A stretch of DNA of 64,000 nt, from positions 7,626,001 to 7,690,000 of the forward strand of contig NC_043001.1 of the NCBI RefSeq assembly GCF_006345805.1. Direction: 5' to 3'. The notes under the pieces were generated by a model that saw nothing but the letters and a program-made list of their open reading frames with translations, was not told the origin of the DNA and made no database searches. The position numbers and the translations under genes are program-made. This DNA comes from Octopus sinensis. Its lineage: Eukaryota. Shown one piece after another: positions 40,970 to 55,228 of this stretch (position 1 is its first letter; every line of letters starts with the position of its first letter).

Positions 40970-41363
40970 CTAGCAGTATCACCCGGCGTTGCTCGGGTTT
41001 GTAAGGGAAATAACTATATAAGCAATTTTAGAGATGTAAAGTATAATAGCCATCTCAATATGGCTAACCACAAAGGGGGGATGTTACTGTAGCTTTTTAC
41101 GTTCTGAGATTTAATAATAAATTTTTAGAGAGTTACTTCCCTTATATATGCCAAATATGGATTAAAAATGGGAAAAATTGATGGTAATTTTTTTAAAATC
41201 GTAGACTCATTGTAGACGCGCGCTAATACCCAGAAGGGCTCGATATGAATCACGACTATAAGATACCCGGTTTTGGTAAAACTGCACCGCAAAATGTGGG
41301 AGTAGTTAGGAATCTAAATCGTAGGAGACAGACGGCACACATCCTTACTTTTATATATAAAGA
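40970..41363 (-). mobile_element. Non-autonomous Helitron (394 bp)
   Basis: Minus strand starts TCTTTATATATAAAAG, ends with subterminal hairpin CCCGAGCAACGCCGGG and CTAG; inserted between host A and T; no TSD. Confidence 0.85.
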
Positions 41364-41532
41364 TGATTAGAAGCTAATCATGCATTCAACTTGCGTAGTC
41401 TTGATAAGAGGGAGATAAACGCACTGATTCCATAGAGGGGACGTGGCGAACATTCACCAACGCAGATCTACCATTTTCTTGTAACGCATCATATTCTCAA
41501 GCGCTATTCATATTAGCAAGGGACATATTACT

Positions 41533-41870
41533 GCTGAGACCCCTTCGGTCATGTATGACCATGGGATTGCACCTAGAAAGTTACCCTTCCAGGCAAAAGT
41601 CCAGACAAGGTTGGTTAAGGAAGGCCAGCAGTCGCCCATGCATACAAGCCTCCTCTCTCTACGCCACGGATGTTATCCAAGGGAAAGGCAAAGGGGACGA
41701 TACAGCTTGGCACCAGTCACGTGGCAACTCATTTCTACAGCTGAGTTAACTGAAGCAACGTGAAATAAAGTGTCTTGCTCAAGAACACAAGACGCAACCC
41801 GGTCCGGGATTCGAACTCACAACCTCACGATCGTAAGCTCGACGCTCTAACCACTGAGCCATGCGCCTTC
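41533..41870 (-). mobile_element. Full-length tRNA-derived CORE-like SINE with 10-bp TSD
   Basis: Head GAAGGCGCATGGCTCAGTGGTTAGAGCG...GAGTTCGAATCCC; CORE-like GTGTTCTTGAGCAAGACACTTTA...CTCAGCTGTAGAAATGAG; TSD ACATATTACT at 41523-41532 and 41871-41880. Confidence 0.9.
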
Positions 41871-42609
41871 ACATATTACTTACACCTCAATAAATATGAA
41901 CGGATTCAGCAAGATTTCTCTTGACCATAACGTATGACACAATATAATATTACATGGTAAATGATCATTCTTGGTATTGCTAGGGATAACGTCTTAGGCT
42001 TTGCCGTTATCATTAGAGCCAGAAGATATTTCAGTCCGAATATGATTCATGATAATCACAATTTGAAGAACTGTTCCGAAATATGAAGCGATGTTGCTAA
42101 GCGATTTGACATATTGGATCGCAGAGGTGTTCCCAATGTGTTCCGTACTCTTATTATTAATGAGAACAATCCAGCTTCGAGGATAATTTAAACTTTATAT
42201 GATAAAATGTATTTTTGCTTATTCAGTCCGTGGAGACTCTTACCGCCATCACGTGTTTTCCAGCAGCAGTTGTCATGCAAGAGCTTAGATGGGAAAATAA
42301 CGACGTCAGCCTAGACACATCGTGACTTCGTGCATATGCCATGTTCGCTGCTGTTTTCTCTAAACTTTTACAAAATAAAACTAATTTTGAAGTGTAGTAT
42401 GTGACTGAAGAAACACACTAATGACGCCCTGAAGTAGTTCCATCGAGTGTCTGGAGACAAATTATTAATATGCATAGAAGAAAGAAAGCAAATAAAACAC
42501 TTTCTTTCTTTTCCTTGAAGACAGACACCATTCGAGATATGCATATATATGTGTGTGTGTGTGTGTATGTATGTATAAATATATATATATATATATACAC
42601 ACACACATA

Positions 42610-43005
42610 CAGGTTGCGATGGATAAATTGTCGCCATATTCCAATTTTAAATTCACATATGCGCTTTATTTCCTTTAAGTTTTCTCGACTACACAGTATA
42701 GTAGGGTCAGTTGGGTAAAGTCTGTGAGAACAACAACATCAAGACGTATTTCACTCTGCCGGAAATTTGGAAACGAAATGCTTTGCTGTTGGGTATTCGC
42801 ATAGGAACATCAAACACGTACATTTGAAAGTGTCAATCAGAGAACAGCGCATAGGATTCGGAAAGAGTCGGAAAGTCTAATGGAGATTACGAAGGTACGG
42901 CACTTCGGATGATCGTTCTGATAAGAAAAATCAGAATTTGTTGTTGTAATCCGGGCAATTATTAACAACGATCAGGTCCATCGCTAGGGACATGGGCGTG
43001 TCTGT
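42610..43005 (+). mobile_element. Tc1/mariner-type transposon 5' fragment (left end and decayed HTH region)
   Basis: Starts TA-CAGGTTGCGATGGATAAATTGTCGCC; broken peptide PEIWKRNALLLGIR...RTAHRIRKE...SNGDYEGTA...EFVVVIRAIINND..RSIARDMGVS is HTH-like. Confidence 0.6.
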
Positions 43006-43177
43006 ACTCGCTGTATGAAAGCCTTAATTTAACTTCATGAGCATTACAAAATATTCTTTTAATCTTCAAATACCATACAAAGCGTGAAAACCAGATCATG
43101 TTTTAAAAATTTATTCAACTAATATATTATTCTATACGCATTCACATAAATTCGTAGCAATATATATATATTTATAT

Positions 43178-43452
43178 AGTCGACCAAAGCCTTGTGAGTG
43201 GATTTGGTAGACAGAAACTGAAAGAAACCCGTCGTATACGTGTATATATGTGTACGTGTGTGTATGTTTGTCCACACAACATCGCTTGACAACCGATGCT
43301 GATGTGTTTTTACGTCCCCGTAACTTAGAGGTTCGGCAAGAAAATAGAGCGATAGAATAAGTACTAGAAAAAAGAATAAGTCCTGGAGTCGAATTGTTCG
43401 ACTAAAGGTGGTGCTCCAGCATGGCTGCAGTCAAACAAGTAAAAGAATGAAA
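43178..43452 (+). mobile_element. 5'-truncated SINE (family of 13721-14118)
   Basis: CGACCAAAGCCTTGTGAGTGGATTTGGTAGAC...GCTCCAGCATGGCTGCAGTCAAA. Confidence 0.8.
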
Positions 43453-43603
43453 GAATATATACAATGTTCTCAACATAAAATCTAGGAATACACGCAGAAG
43501 TGATTTTCTTCTTTGAAGTGCAGGATTTCTTCCTTCATCTCTCTTCCACGCTCTCTCTCTCTTTCTGTCTCTCACGCACACACACACACATACACGCACA
43601 TAT

Positions 43604-43793
43604 GCGTAGCTGTATTTCGTCTGTCGTCACGTTCCGAGTTCAAATTCCGCCGAGGTCGACTTTGCTTTTCCTCCTTTCGGGATCGATAAATTAAGTACCA
43701 GTTACACACTGGGGTCGATATAATCGACTTAATCCGTTTGTCTGTCCTTGTTTGTCCCGTCTGTGTTTAGCCCCTTGTGGGTAGTAAAGAAAT
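43604..43793 (+). mobile_element. 5'-truncated Meta-domain-like SINE
   Basis: Matches the body of 6547-6777. Confidence 0.8.
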
Positions 43794-46446
43794 ATATATA
43801 TTTGATGTGTCCGGGATCAACTTTACACTTCAGGATTTGGAGGGAGCTTATTACGCTAATGTTGGGATGATCAACGCACGGCCTTCCTTTAGCTTTTCAC
43901 GTTAAACAAGATTCTCAGCGCTGTTTCCAGAGCGCACACCACAATATACGCATATAGAGATATATGTGTATGTGCGTGCGAGTACATTTGTGTGTCTGAA
44001 TGTGTGTGTGTGCGTGTGTGTGTGTGTGTATGTTTGTATGTGTGTGTGTGCGTGCATGTGTGTGTGCGTGCATGTGTGCGTGTGTGTAATAGATAGCTGC
44101 ATGCATTTGTATGTATGTATCGATGTCGAAGTACATGATACATTATAAAAATGAGACTTGATGTTTTACAAAAATCAATTTCCCTGTATATTTCTATGCG
44201 AATGCGTTATGTGTATGTGTGAGCGGGTGCTTTTGTCTATAGGAGAGTAACCCATACTCATTGGAGAGTAACCCATACTCATTGGACAAACAAATGTTAA
44301 AAATTTATTTGCGTTTTGTTTTCGTTTTGTGTATTTAAACAATGATTTCTCAATCCGTTAATATATGTATGTTTAACTTCATAAATCGATTACTAATCTT
44401 ACGTCTCCACTATATTAATTATTTCATTAACTCGCATCCTTCTCGCTTCATTGATGTGTCGGTTGGAAATGCAAATGTAATCAATTTCAGCATGGTAACA
44501 TGGCTGCAAGCTTATTGTTCTACTCCGTCAGTTATAGTTTAACGAGAAACGTAACCGTTTCTTTATGAGGTATGAGGTATATCTGATTTCGTAAAATGTG
44601 GAAAGGTTAAATTATCTTGGAGCAAACTTACCAAATGAGACAGCAGTATTTATTACAATTCTTAATTATAGTAATATAATATGAAGTAAGATAATTCAAG
44701 AAAATATGAATGGAATGTTTGGAAATTGAACGCCACTTCCCCTTTAGTAAATAGAGGAAATAAACATTATATGATAATGAAAAGATCAAAGAAAATTTGG
44801 TGTGTTGGCATCAATGCAAATCAACTCGTAACGTTTCAAAGCATTTCATTCATTGTAAATCTCTGAAACGATATAATAATTTTCAAAAACCGATCGAAAT
44901 GGGCCATTTGGAATGGTAGCCTCTCTACACAAATACAGTGAGGAATTTATGCTGTAATTTTCGATATCATTCAATTATAATATCAGTCCTTATAAATGGA
45001 AAATATAATTGTAAGAATATAGATAACCCCCTTTAGGTAATAGGGACTTACGCCAGTATAATTTGGCCTAATCATATTTCAGAACAACTTGCCTTTGTAG
45101 CATTTTCCTATGAAAATGGAATATTTCAACTAACGTTATTATTGTATATGAAATATTTTCTCATTAACTGCAAAGGCACAAATTGAGTTACGATCGTTTG
45201 GTAGCCATTTTCAATGTTTATATGATACGTTTACCCGTTGAATTATAGTAATAATACACTATTTGAAATTCTGTTTTTGTTCACTCTCCGATATAGAAGC
45301 TTATCAGCGTTTATTTAGCCATGAAATATTGGCCAAAATCATATAACTTAGCAATAGAATTTGGGGAAACTGGCAACGGAAATGCATGTGATAAATTTAG
45401 CAACCCGTACTTCTTAAATAATGTTACATCGATAAATTTCGAATGACTGTATTTCCTTGACTATGACTTGGTTTTAATAATTCAATAATTGGTTGTGTCG
45501 AATAATGCAATCTCAGACATTGTATTGTAATTTATAGCATGCGTTTTGTACCATTTCATTGTATTTTATTGTCTATGAAAGTAATTAAATTTCACAGATG
45601 GAAATAGAAATATCCAACCAAGTCATTGAATGGAAGTTGGAGATAATTTGGCCGAATTTTTACGACTAATTCGTTGTAATCCTATTGGAGTTGATATAAT
45701 TTGCAACTTTCATAAAGGACACAAATATATAAGTACACCCACATTACAAAAATATCTACATACACGTAAATAAATATACACATGCATATAAAGACACACA
45801 CACACACAAAAAATTCGTTTACAGTGTGCGCTAATATCATCATTTGGTGGATGATTTTAACAGTTATATCATTAACCAGAATAGTTAAGTTTCAATATTT
45901 TTCATAGATGACGTCATATTACACTTTCTTCCTACAGAATGTTCGATCATTATAATAAATTTTACAAGTATATTATTTAATACATTTCCAAAATTCTAAC
46001 TCGTTTTCTCCATAAACGTAACAGGTTTCCAAAATATTTTAAGCGCTTAGTAATAACACATATATTCAATTCGCAATTAATTAGTAAAACTAAAAGCAAA
46101 TATCAGAAAAATGTCACAAATTCTATCTGAGAAATCCAATATCGTATATATTAAATTGCATATTAATGCATTAAAATATAAAACGTGCTTTTGCAATGAA
46201 TATTTTCAGAAATGTGTTGAGATAAGCTTTCATATTCCTAGCAGATTTAAATAGGTGTTTTCTCATATAAAATATTAGCTTGGATTTGGGGACTTATACG
46301 CACATACACATTTTATTACGCATATATTCTTGTGTATATCGAAATTATATCAAAGAATAAGTGTATTCTGTTTTAATACTTTAATACTTAAATACTTCCG
46401 ATTTACGTGCGCACGTGTGTATATGTGCGTGTGTGTGTCTCTGTAC

Positions 46447-46509
<63 letters not shown>

Positions 46510-46904
46510 ATATTTACGTACAGAGACACATATATATCAAACAATACAGTTCGGTTCATTATTGTGCTTTGCCAGTGTAAGTTTACATATATGTTCATTT
46601 TTATCTTTTGAGAGATTAACTGGATTTAGAAATAAAATTTCTCCGCAAATATGACACCATATCTTGTTTGAAATTAAAGAAAATTAAAACAAAGTTATGG
46701 AAATGAATATCACAGGTAATAATTTAGAGACTATAAAATTATTCATCCAAACATGCAAGTATTTACGTACGACGAGATATCAATTAATCTATGGCGTGAT
46801 AAGAATCGAAGAGCCAATTCATCGTGTATATAGCTTTAGAACATTACACCAGAAAGGTAAACGGAATCTATGCCACACCTGAATATTCCAAGTCTATTAG
46901 CCAG

Positions 46905-47223
46905 TGAACCACCAGACTGGCCTTGTGCAGGTGGCACGTAAAAATCACCATCCGTTCGTGGCCGTTGCCAGCCACGCCTGGCCCCCGTGCCGGTGGCACG
47001 TAAAAAGCACCATCCGATCGTGGCCGTTTGCCAGCCTCGTCTGGCCCCTGTGCCGGTGGTACGTATAAAGGACCCACTACACTCACGAAGTGGTTGGCGT
47101 TAGGAAGGGCATCCATCCGTAGAAACATTGCCAGATCAGACTGGGCCTGGTGAAGCCTTCTGGCTTCCCAGACCCCAGTTGAACCGTCCAAACCATGCAA
47201 CCATAGAAAACGGACGCTAAATA

Positions 47224-47256
<33 letters not shown>
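46905..47256 (+). mobile_element. SINE 3' portion with ~60-bp internal tandem repeats, Nin-like block and RTE-type (GAT)n tail
   Basis: GTGCCGGTGGCACGTAAAAAGCACC unit x3; TGGCGTTAGGAAGGGCATCCA; AAAACGGACGCTAAATAA(TGA)n. Confidence 0.7.
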
Positions 47257-47258
<2 letters not shown>

Positions 47259-47552
47259 AATGGCAAGCAACAATTTCAAAATGAATATTTATATAAGAGA
47301 TTATCTGGTCATGAGCCGAAATTAAGCACATATGTTCCACATGTATGCCATTGGAAGTAGAGCTTGATGTCTTTGTTCCTTAATAATTATTGAGAATTGT
47401 AAGAATTTTTTTAGTTTCTTATTATACTATTGGACAGTATCATTCCGGCGATTTCATCCTGCTTATATTTTACAATGTTTAACTCTATAATACAACACAA
47501 TTTCTTATCTATCTTTTTTTTCTTAATCATTAAATTTCAATTTTTTTCTCTG

Positions 47553-47784
47553 TCTTCTAGTTTCAGCTCAGATCTGTGGCCATGCTGATGCACTGCCGTT
47601 TAATATATATACATATACATATATACGATGGGCTTCTTTCAGTTTCCGTCTACCAAATCCCCTCACAAGGCTTTGGTCGGCCCGAGGCTATAGTAGAAGA
47701 CACTTGCCCAAGGTGCCACGCAGTGGGACGGAACCTGGAATCATGTGGTTGGTAAGCAAGATACTTACCACACAGCCACTCCTA
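47553..47784 (-). mobile_element. SINE (family of 13721-14118), internally deleted
   Basis: Reverse complement of TAGGAGTGGCTGTGTGGTAAG...GTAGACGGAAACTGAAAGAAGCCC.TCGT plus a tail fragment. Confidence 0.8.
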
Positions 47785-48986
47785 CTGGTAAATTTAAATA
47801 TATTAATACGTCTGACTATCTATGAAGAGGTAACTTGCCTCTCATATGTGCTGTACTTAAAGGACTTCAAGAAACTATAAACATGTTGTAGAGTGGTGAA
47901 AACAACATTATATAATATAACGTTCCATATGTAATTTCAACCGACAACAATGATTTGTGGGGAAGATTAATACACATGAAGGAATAAAGAGTCTAGAAAA
48001 TCTTAAACTACCACAGGAATCGAACCTTCTTAGTTTAATATTGATAAAACTGTAATTACTTCCACAATGTAACAGTGGGGGACAGAAAATGATTTCAAGT
48101 AAATAGTGAAAACAAATCTTAGCATACATATGTGCGTGTGTGTGTTTCAGTGCATGTAAGTGTGTTTATTTGTGTGTGTGTGTGTGTGTATGTGTGTGTG
48201 TATGTGTGTGTGTGTGTGTGCTTGTGTGTGTTTCAGTGCATTTGAGTGTGTTTATTTGTGTGTGTGTGTGCGTGTGTGTCTGTGTGTGTGCGCGTATGTA
48301 AGCATAAAAGTATTCTACGTACGGATGCGTCTTTCTGTGCGGGTGTTTATATCCGTGTTTGTACCTAAGTGCCAAATTATAAGACAAACACATTGATCTG
48401 TTAATTAGTAAGACGCAACAAAGCAAGAATAGTGATTTGCTTTCTTCTTGACTGATCGAACTTATGTTGAATAAGTATGTTTCTTAAAATATATATAATG
48501 CTGCCAAAGAAAATAAAAAACCTCTTGGGAATATACATTAGCTAAGAGCATTCATTTGTGTAGGTACTCATTGAAACAAACCCGAAAAAAAAGATAAACA
48601 GAAAAATAAAAGAAACTCCAGCCAATGATGCGCTGTGCAAAACAAAGGAGAATTGATTTGAAAGCGTATCATAAGAAACGTTTCCAATAGCTACATGCCG
48701 TGATACATTACCATTCTTTAGATTTCTTTGTTTTGTTTTCGTACTTATCTTTAACACTAGACGAAAAAAAAATATACTAATGTCACTACGCAGTGTATAC
48801 TAAGATTTTCAAAGTTTGTCCTTGCATCGAACATACGTTTACAGACAGCTTCATAATGGTAATTACTTACTAAGTTCTCCCTTAATGTCACATATACCTT
48901 TTTGCACAAACAGATATCCGTATCGATTTTAGATTGCATTATACGCGTTGTTTGTGCGTATAAATCTGTCTATACACACACAGATA

Positions 48987-49018
<32 letters not shown>

Positions 49019-49166
49019 CTATATATATATATATATATATACGTACATATAGGTTTGTATTTGTGCAACCCTATTCGAATAGATATGTGTTAGCGTGTGG
49101 GGTGTGTACATATGTACATGTATGTGTATTTATATATATATATATTTATATATATTTATATATATT

Positions 49167-49197
<31 letters not shown>

Positions 49198-50539
49198 GTA
49201 TACATATAAATATGTGTATATATATATTTAACCCATTGGATATGTATAAACATGCTATTTATGGATAAACATGCTAATTATTTCTAGACATATAAGCAAG
49301 TAAATGTATGCATATAACGTGTACTTGTAAGTATATATACGTGTATGTTTGTGTGTATGCCTGTGTGAGTGTATGTGTATGGGTGTGTATGTGTGAGTAG
49401 ATTCATGATATGGCAAGCGTGTGTCGAGTGAGAAATTGGCGGTAGCTAGTCCCCTTAAAGCAGATATATTTATATATTACAAACAAACGAAAGCTATTCG
49501 TGTTTAAGCACATACACGCTCTCACACACATACAACACACAAAGAAACACACTCGCGACACACACACACAACACACATACACACACACAGCACCCACATA
49601 CACACTCTCTCTCACACACACACACACTTAGAACTCACACAGAAGTACATACACACGCATACTCTCCCTGGACGGATGATCTACACCAATTCTTATACGT
49701 ATGTATGTGTATGTATGTGTATGCATGTGTGCACACTCACACATATTTCTATATGATTATAGATATACTTTTACTCACTCAAACACACATATACACATGT
49801 AAAAACTTGCATGAGTGAGTATGATTTTATGTGAGCGTGTGTTTATGCGTGATTGTGTGTGATTGTGTGTGTCTGCGGGTGCATAGAATGATTGAGTTAA
49901 AACCACACATAGATCTTAAGCGGGTGGTAATGAGAGAAGCACATATAAATTTATACAGATTCATGTGTGCTTTCAATAATGGTTTTCGCATTTACTTATA
50001 TTAAAGGTGGTTAGCGTGGTGTAAGTACATCACCGAGCTTAGGGAAAAAAATCGATAAAATGGGGGGTAACACAGTAGGATATATAATAGAAGTGAAGTG
50101 ATTCTTGTGGGGAAAATAAATAAATACAAAAATATAATTGAGATCTCTGCAAATACAAGGAATATATCGAACAAGAAATAAAAGCGAATACTTGAAACAA
50201 TTGCTGTACATATTTTGTATTGTAAATATTGTTTACACTGAGCATTGATAATATAAGTAAATATAGCAATAAATTTCGAGATAAATGACACTGAAGGCGA
50301 GACAAGTTTTATTTTACTGTGCGTGTCTCGATTTCCATACAAAGTACAATAGAATACAATAATACAAACATAATATTGAAATATATATTATTGAACCATA
50401 TTTACTGCATTGCTTTATGTATTGCTTTGTGTGATTTTCTTTTTACAAAACACAATATGACACAAGCATGAACACAACATATATATATAATATATATACA
50501 TATATAAATATATATATATATATATAAATACATCTATAT

Positions 50540-50646
<107 letters not shown>

Positions 50647-50830
50647 ATATATTATTTTCCAAACACAGATATAGCAGACATTCATATACGTGCAAATATA
50701 TATACGTGAGTAAGTGAATGTGAGAATATAAGTAATTTGGTGAATATATATGTGGCTTCTAACTTTCAGCAAATATATTTTAGCGCTTATATAGATATAT
50801 AGGTTATATTCTACGTTACATATTCGATAA

Positions 50831-50898
<68 letters not shown>

Positions 50899-51619
50899 AT
50901 ATATATATGTCTGTATATATGTATGTAGTATATGCCTATTTGGTTGTGAATATATGAGTATATATGTGATGAATGTGGATGTTTATGTATATACGGAAAT
51001 GTATTTGGTATATATACAGATACAGCTATGTTCGTAAGTGGTTTTGTAATGGCTATAAAATATAAAGTAGGCTATTAATGTGACTATCTCCAAAGTAAGT
51101 GCCAGCTACAAAGACATTTATTACCAATGCCAGTCAGAATCTTTTCACTTCTTATATGAATTAGAATTGAAATTACTACCAGTACTTCAAAAACCTGGGA
51201 CTCAAAAGAAGGAAACTTTCCTCCCAACATCTACACAATTTCAGATTATGGAGTAATTCTGCTAGAATACAAAAATATTCAGGAACATATATTTTCCATA
51301 CATGTGAACCTGTACAAGTGTGTTGTACTTTCACACGTTTGTAGATCTCCTTCCACAAAACATCCTGCCTCTCTTTTAAACATACAAATACATATCTGTG
51401 CTTGTTGTTTTGTGTGAGGATGTACATACACCTATCAAAATGTTTGCACCCACACAATTTTTTTCTCTTTCCTGGTGGTCCCCTTCCATTTTTTATTCTT
51501 TCAGAAGAAGCAACAAAGTTCGAAGCAGCAAAGGCACTGCACTTTCAAATGAACTATTAAACTACTATTTTATAAGTGATAAAATACATCTTCATCGTAT
51601 GTAATTTCTAATTGCTTGA

Positions 51620-52105
51620 AGGCGGCGAGCTGGTAAAAGCGTTAGCACGCCGGGTGAAATGCTTAACGTTATTACGTTCTGAGTTCAAATTCCGCCGAGA
51701 GCGACTTTGCATTTCATCCTTCCGGGGTCGATTAAATAAGTACCAGTTACGCACTGGCGGTTGATATAATCGACTGAATTAGTTTGTCTGTCCTTGTTTG
51801 TCCTCTCTGTGTTTAGCCCCTTGTGAGTAGTATAGAAATATGTATTTCGTCTGCCGCTACGTTCTGAGTTCAAATTCCGCCGGGGTCGACTCTGCCTTTC
51901 ATCCTTTCGGGGTCAGTTAAATAAGTACCAGTTACGCACTGGGGTCGATATAATCGACTTAATCCGTTTGTCTTTCCTTGTTTGTCCCCTCTGTGTTTAG
52001 CCCCTTGTGGATAGTAAAGAAATAGGTATTTCGTCTGCCGTTACGTTCTGCGTTCAAATTCCGCCGAGGTCGACTTTGCTTTTCATCCTTGTGGGTAGAA
52101 AAGAA
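51620..52105 (+). mobile_element. Multimeric Meta-domain-like SINE (one head, ~2.4 body units) with 14-bp TSD
   Basis: Units ~51620-51840, 51841-52025 and 52026-52105; repeated units restart at GTATTTCGTCTGCCG; TATGTAATTTCTAA at 51598-51611 and 52106-52119. Confidence 0.85.
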
Positions 52106-52326
52106 TATGTAATTTCTAAACGTGTTCTGTTACTCATTCATTTTGTTTCATGGATGTCTGGCTAAGAAGCTCACTTATAAATCATATTGGTCCGGTTTCG
52201 TGCCACTGCATGGAACCTTGGAAAAGTAACATTTTTTATATAGTTGATACAATCAATAACGTTTGAACGAATTTTGTAAACGGGAATTGGAAAGTAGAAA
52301 CCTGTAGAATATATAAAGCTTGAACC

Positions 52327-52669
52327 GATTATCAACAGGCTTTTGACAGTATTCCCTACACATGGATCTTGGAAACACTAGCTATGAACAAGTGAGTATT
52401 AGTAATATTTGTTATATAAAATACGACATGAATAAATAAAAAGTAAAGCCATCCCCATTAGAAGAGGAATATTCACAAGATACTCGCTCTCTCCATTACG
52501 TTTCTGCCTGGCACAGACACCTTTAACTGACATGCTAAACAGGACTGATTGTGGATCCGATTGGTACGGTAAACCAGTCATCTCTTTTATATGGATGATC
52601 TAAAATTGTATGCTGCAACTGGAAGCATTACAGCAGACAGTCAATGGATTTACCAAAGAAATTAACATG
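52327..52669 (+). pseudogene. R4/Dong-type reverse transcriptase fragment
   Basis: DYQQAFDSIPYTWILETL; SKAIPIRRGIFTRYSLSPLRFCLA (GIFQGDSLSP box); SHLFYMDDLKLYAAT. Confidence 0.85.
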
Positions 52670-53116
52670 CATAAGTGTGTATGTGTTGGTATATGCGGGC
52701 ATGCATGCGTGCGTGTGTGCATACACATATTTGTATGTGTGTGCGAAGGCAGTACTCGATTCTAATCAGGCAATTTCAAAGCCCAACTGAAGGGAATGGG
52801 TAGCAGTTTGGAAAACGAACAGTAGTGAAATTTGTAAGGCTTTATGATCAAGCACACGCTCAAGAGAAGATGAGGAGCAATAGAGAAGGAATATAGCAGT
52901 AGAGTTTCAAATTCACACAAGAAGAAGAATATAATCCGGCTTTTTTGTTTCCTTCAACCATCTTCTATTTCTTCGTCCACATTTTTTAATTTCGTCTTGT
53001 TTAGGTTGAATTTTTCATTTTATAATTATTCATATCAATACACGATTGATCATTGTGAGATCCATGGAGAAAATCCTGCATATATATATATAAATATTAT
53101 ATATATAATATATATA

Positions 53117-53158
<42 letters not shown>

Positions 53159-53176
53159 TATGTATGTATGTATATA

Positions 53177-53221
<45 letters not shown>

Positions 53222-54302
53222 CATATATATATATATATTATATATATATATATATATTATATATATATATTATGCACACACATGCACACACTCACATACA
53301 AACGTGCGCGCAAAATCACACACGCGCACCCACAGACACGTCCACACATATCTTAAAATATAATTAACTAAAAACACTCCTCACCTTTGCTGTCTCTAGG
53401 GTGTCATGCATTTAACATGCTTTCGTTAATTGCTCTCCGTATTGCACGTCCTTCGCCAGCAGACATAAACACGATCGAGACATTCCCACACATGACACAT
53501 TTCAACTTTCGAGATGCGACAACGATTAAACGACAGAGACAAGAGAGGGGAAGAGAAAGAAATAAATAAAGAAAGGGAATTAATGAGAGAAAGAAAAAGG
53601 GAAAAACATAGGGTGAGGCGTTTATTCACACATTTTTTTCTCAAAACTTTGAACAGTAAACGTCATAATGGCCCCCAGCGGGATTTCATAACAAAATGAA
53701 CAGAATCAAATATAGAAAAGTACTTGATCTGGTCTTCTGATGGATTTGTCATTCAATGACAATATTCTCACACGCGCACACTATATTCTGCGGAAACCTA
53801 CCTTTTATACTGTAATTGTAGAGTGGATTGCTCCCCAGGAGTCGAAACATAAAAGTTAATTGACCATATTCATTACTGGACGATCTCACTAATATATATA
53901 TATTATATATATATATATATTATATATATATATATATATATAATTCAAAATTTTTAAACTATCAAATTTTTATACATTATATCTATATTTATACATATTT
54001 AAACGTATATTTATTTATTTATTTATATTTTTAATGTAATAAGTATTTCAAACGGGTATATCTTTATGATGAGTTTGGATATTAATTTCCTTATATTAAT
54101 AATAATAATATATTATCAAAAATATATGTATACACACATATATATACATATATATATATATATATAATATTTATATTATTATATTATATACATATATATA
54201 TATACATACACTACAATTGTTGTTTGTATTCCACCTGCCTTCGTCTTTTGTTTATTTCCGTAAACCTGCCTTCGTCTTTTGTCTATTTTCATAAATCTTC
54301 CC

Positions 54303-54337
<35 letters not shown>

Positions 54338-54467
54338 TATAATATTATATACATACACACACACCACAAAACACACACACACATATATATATATATATAT
54401 TGGTAGAATGGTAAGATAACAAAGGAAAGAAAGATACTTCAATATTATGTAAATAGAGGAAATTTAT

Positions 54468-54708
54468 CCAAGATAAAACTCTGAGTTTCGGATGCCGAAG
54501 TGGAAATCCACAACAGCATCACTTCGGTTATGAGTGCGCAACACTGCATTAGTGCATAAAGATTATTTATTTGAGTATTACGGCTACGATTAGTTACATG
54601 TTAAGAAATATCTCTACAATCATTGAAGACAAAGAGATGGCCAGATAACCGAAGAGATGGTGTTGTGGATTTCCACTTCGGCATCCGAAACTCAGGGTTT
54701 TACCTTGG
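54468..54708. mobile_element. Inverted repeat (64-bp arms, 113-bp spacer), each arm a C4-variant hammerhead-like motif
   Basis: Arm consensus AGATAA CCGAAGA GATGCTG-TT-GTGGA-TT-TCCAC-TT-CGGCATC C GAAAC TCAGA GTT TTATCT; arms 54468-54531 and 54645-54708. Confidence 0.75.
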
Positions 54709-54726
54709 CTATTGAATGATGGTCAC

Positions 54727-54789
<63 letters not shown>

Positions 54790-54792
<3 letters not shown>

Positions 54793-54935
54793 TTAGTTAA
54801 AGCAGCAGAAAATTCAACAAACCTGTTACTCTGAGTTTCCCGTTTCCGAAAACTCAGAGTAACAGCTTTTGTTGAATTTTTCTGCTGCTTTAATACTTTT
54901 TTCCACCTTGTTTCACATTTATGTGTTTACTCCGT
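54790..54935. mobile_element. Short fold-back palindrome (arms ~54797-54839 and 54848-54893) centred next to a hammerhead 3' half
   Basis: AAAGCAGCAGAAAATTCAACAAA.CTGTTACTCTGAGTTTC-CCGTTTCC-GAAAACTCAGAGTAACAG.TTTTGTTGAATTTTTCTGCTGCTTT. Confidence 0.75.
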
Positions 54936-54950
54936 ATATATACACATATA

Positions 54951-54984
<34 letters not shown>

Positions 54985-55228
54985 CCAAAGACTGTATATA
55001 TATATACATGAATGTGACAATTTGCGACAACCATAATTCGCAACCAAATTCCAATAATATATTTGTTTTATTCTTTTCTGCCAATTTTTCCAAATATTCT
55101 CATCCACTATTGACTTTTTATACTATATTTATACATGTAATGTGAAATTATGTATAAAAAAACATTTTGAATTCATAATATTCAATGTGACAATTATGTA
55201 AAAAACTTTTTGAACCCATAATATTCAA

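Noticed and set aside
44242-44283. 21-bp direct repeat GGAGAGTAACCCATACTCATT x2
   Set aside because: Simple local tandem duplication with no spacer; not CRISPR-like.
46905-47080. Regularly spaced GTGCCGGTGGCACGTAAAAAGCACC repeats resembling a CRISPR array
   Set aside because: The intervening segments are similar to each other, the context is eukaryotic, and it is an internal SINE minisatellite.
51100-51600. 93-aa Cys-containing ORF, possible LINE C-terminal zinc finger
   Set aside because: No consistent CCHC spacing or recognisable family match.
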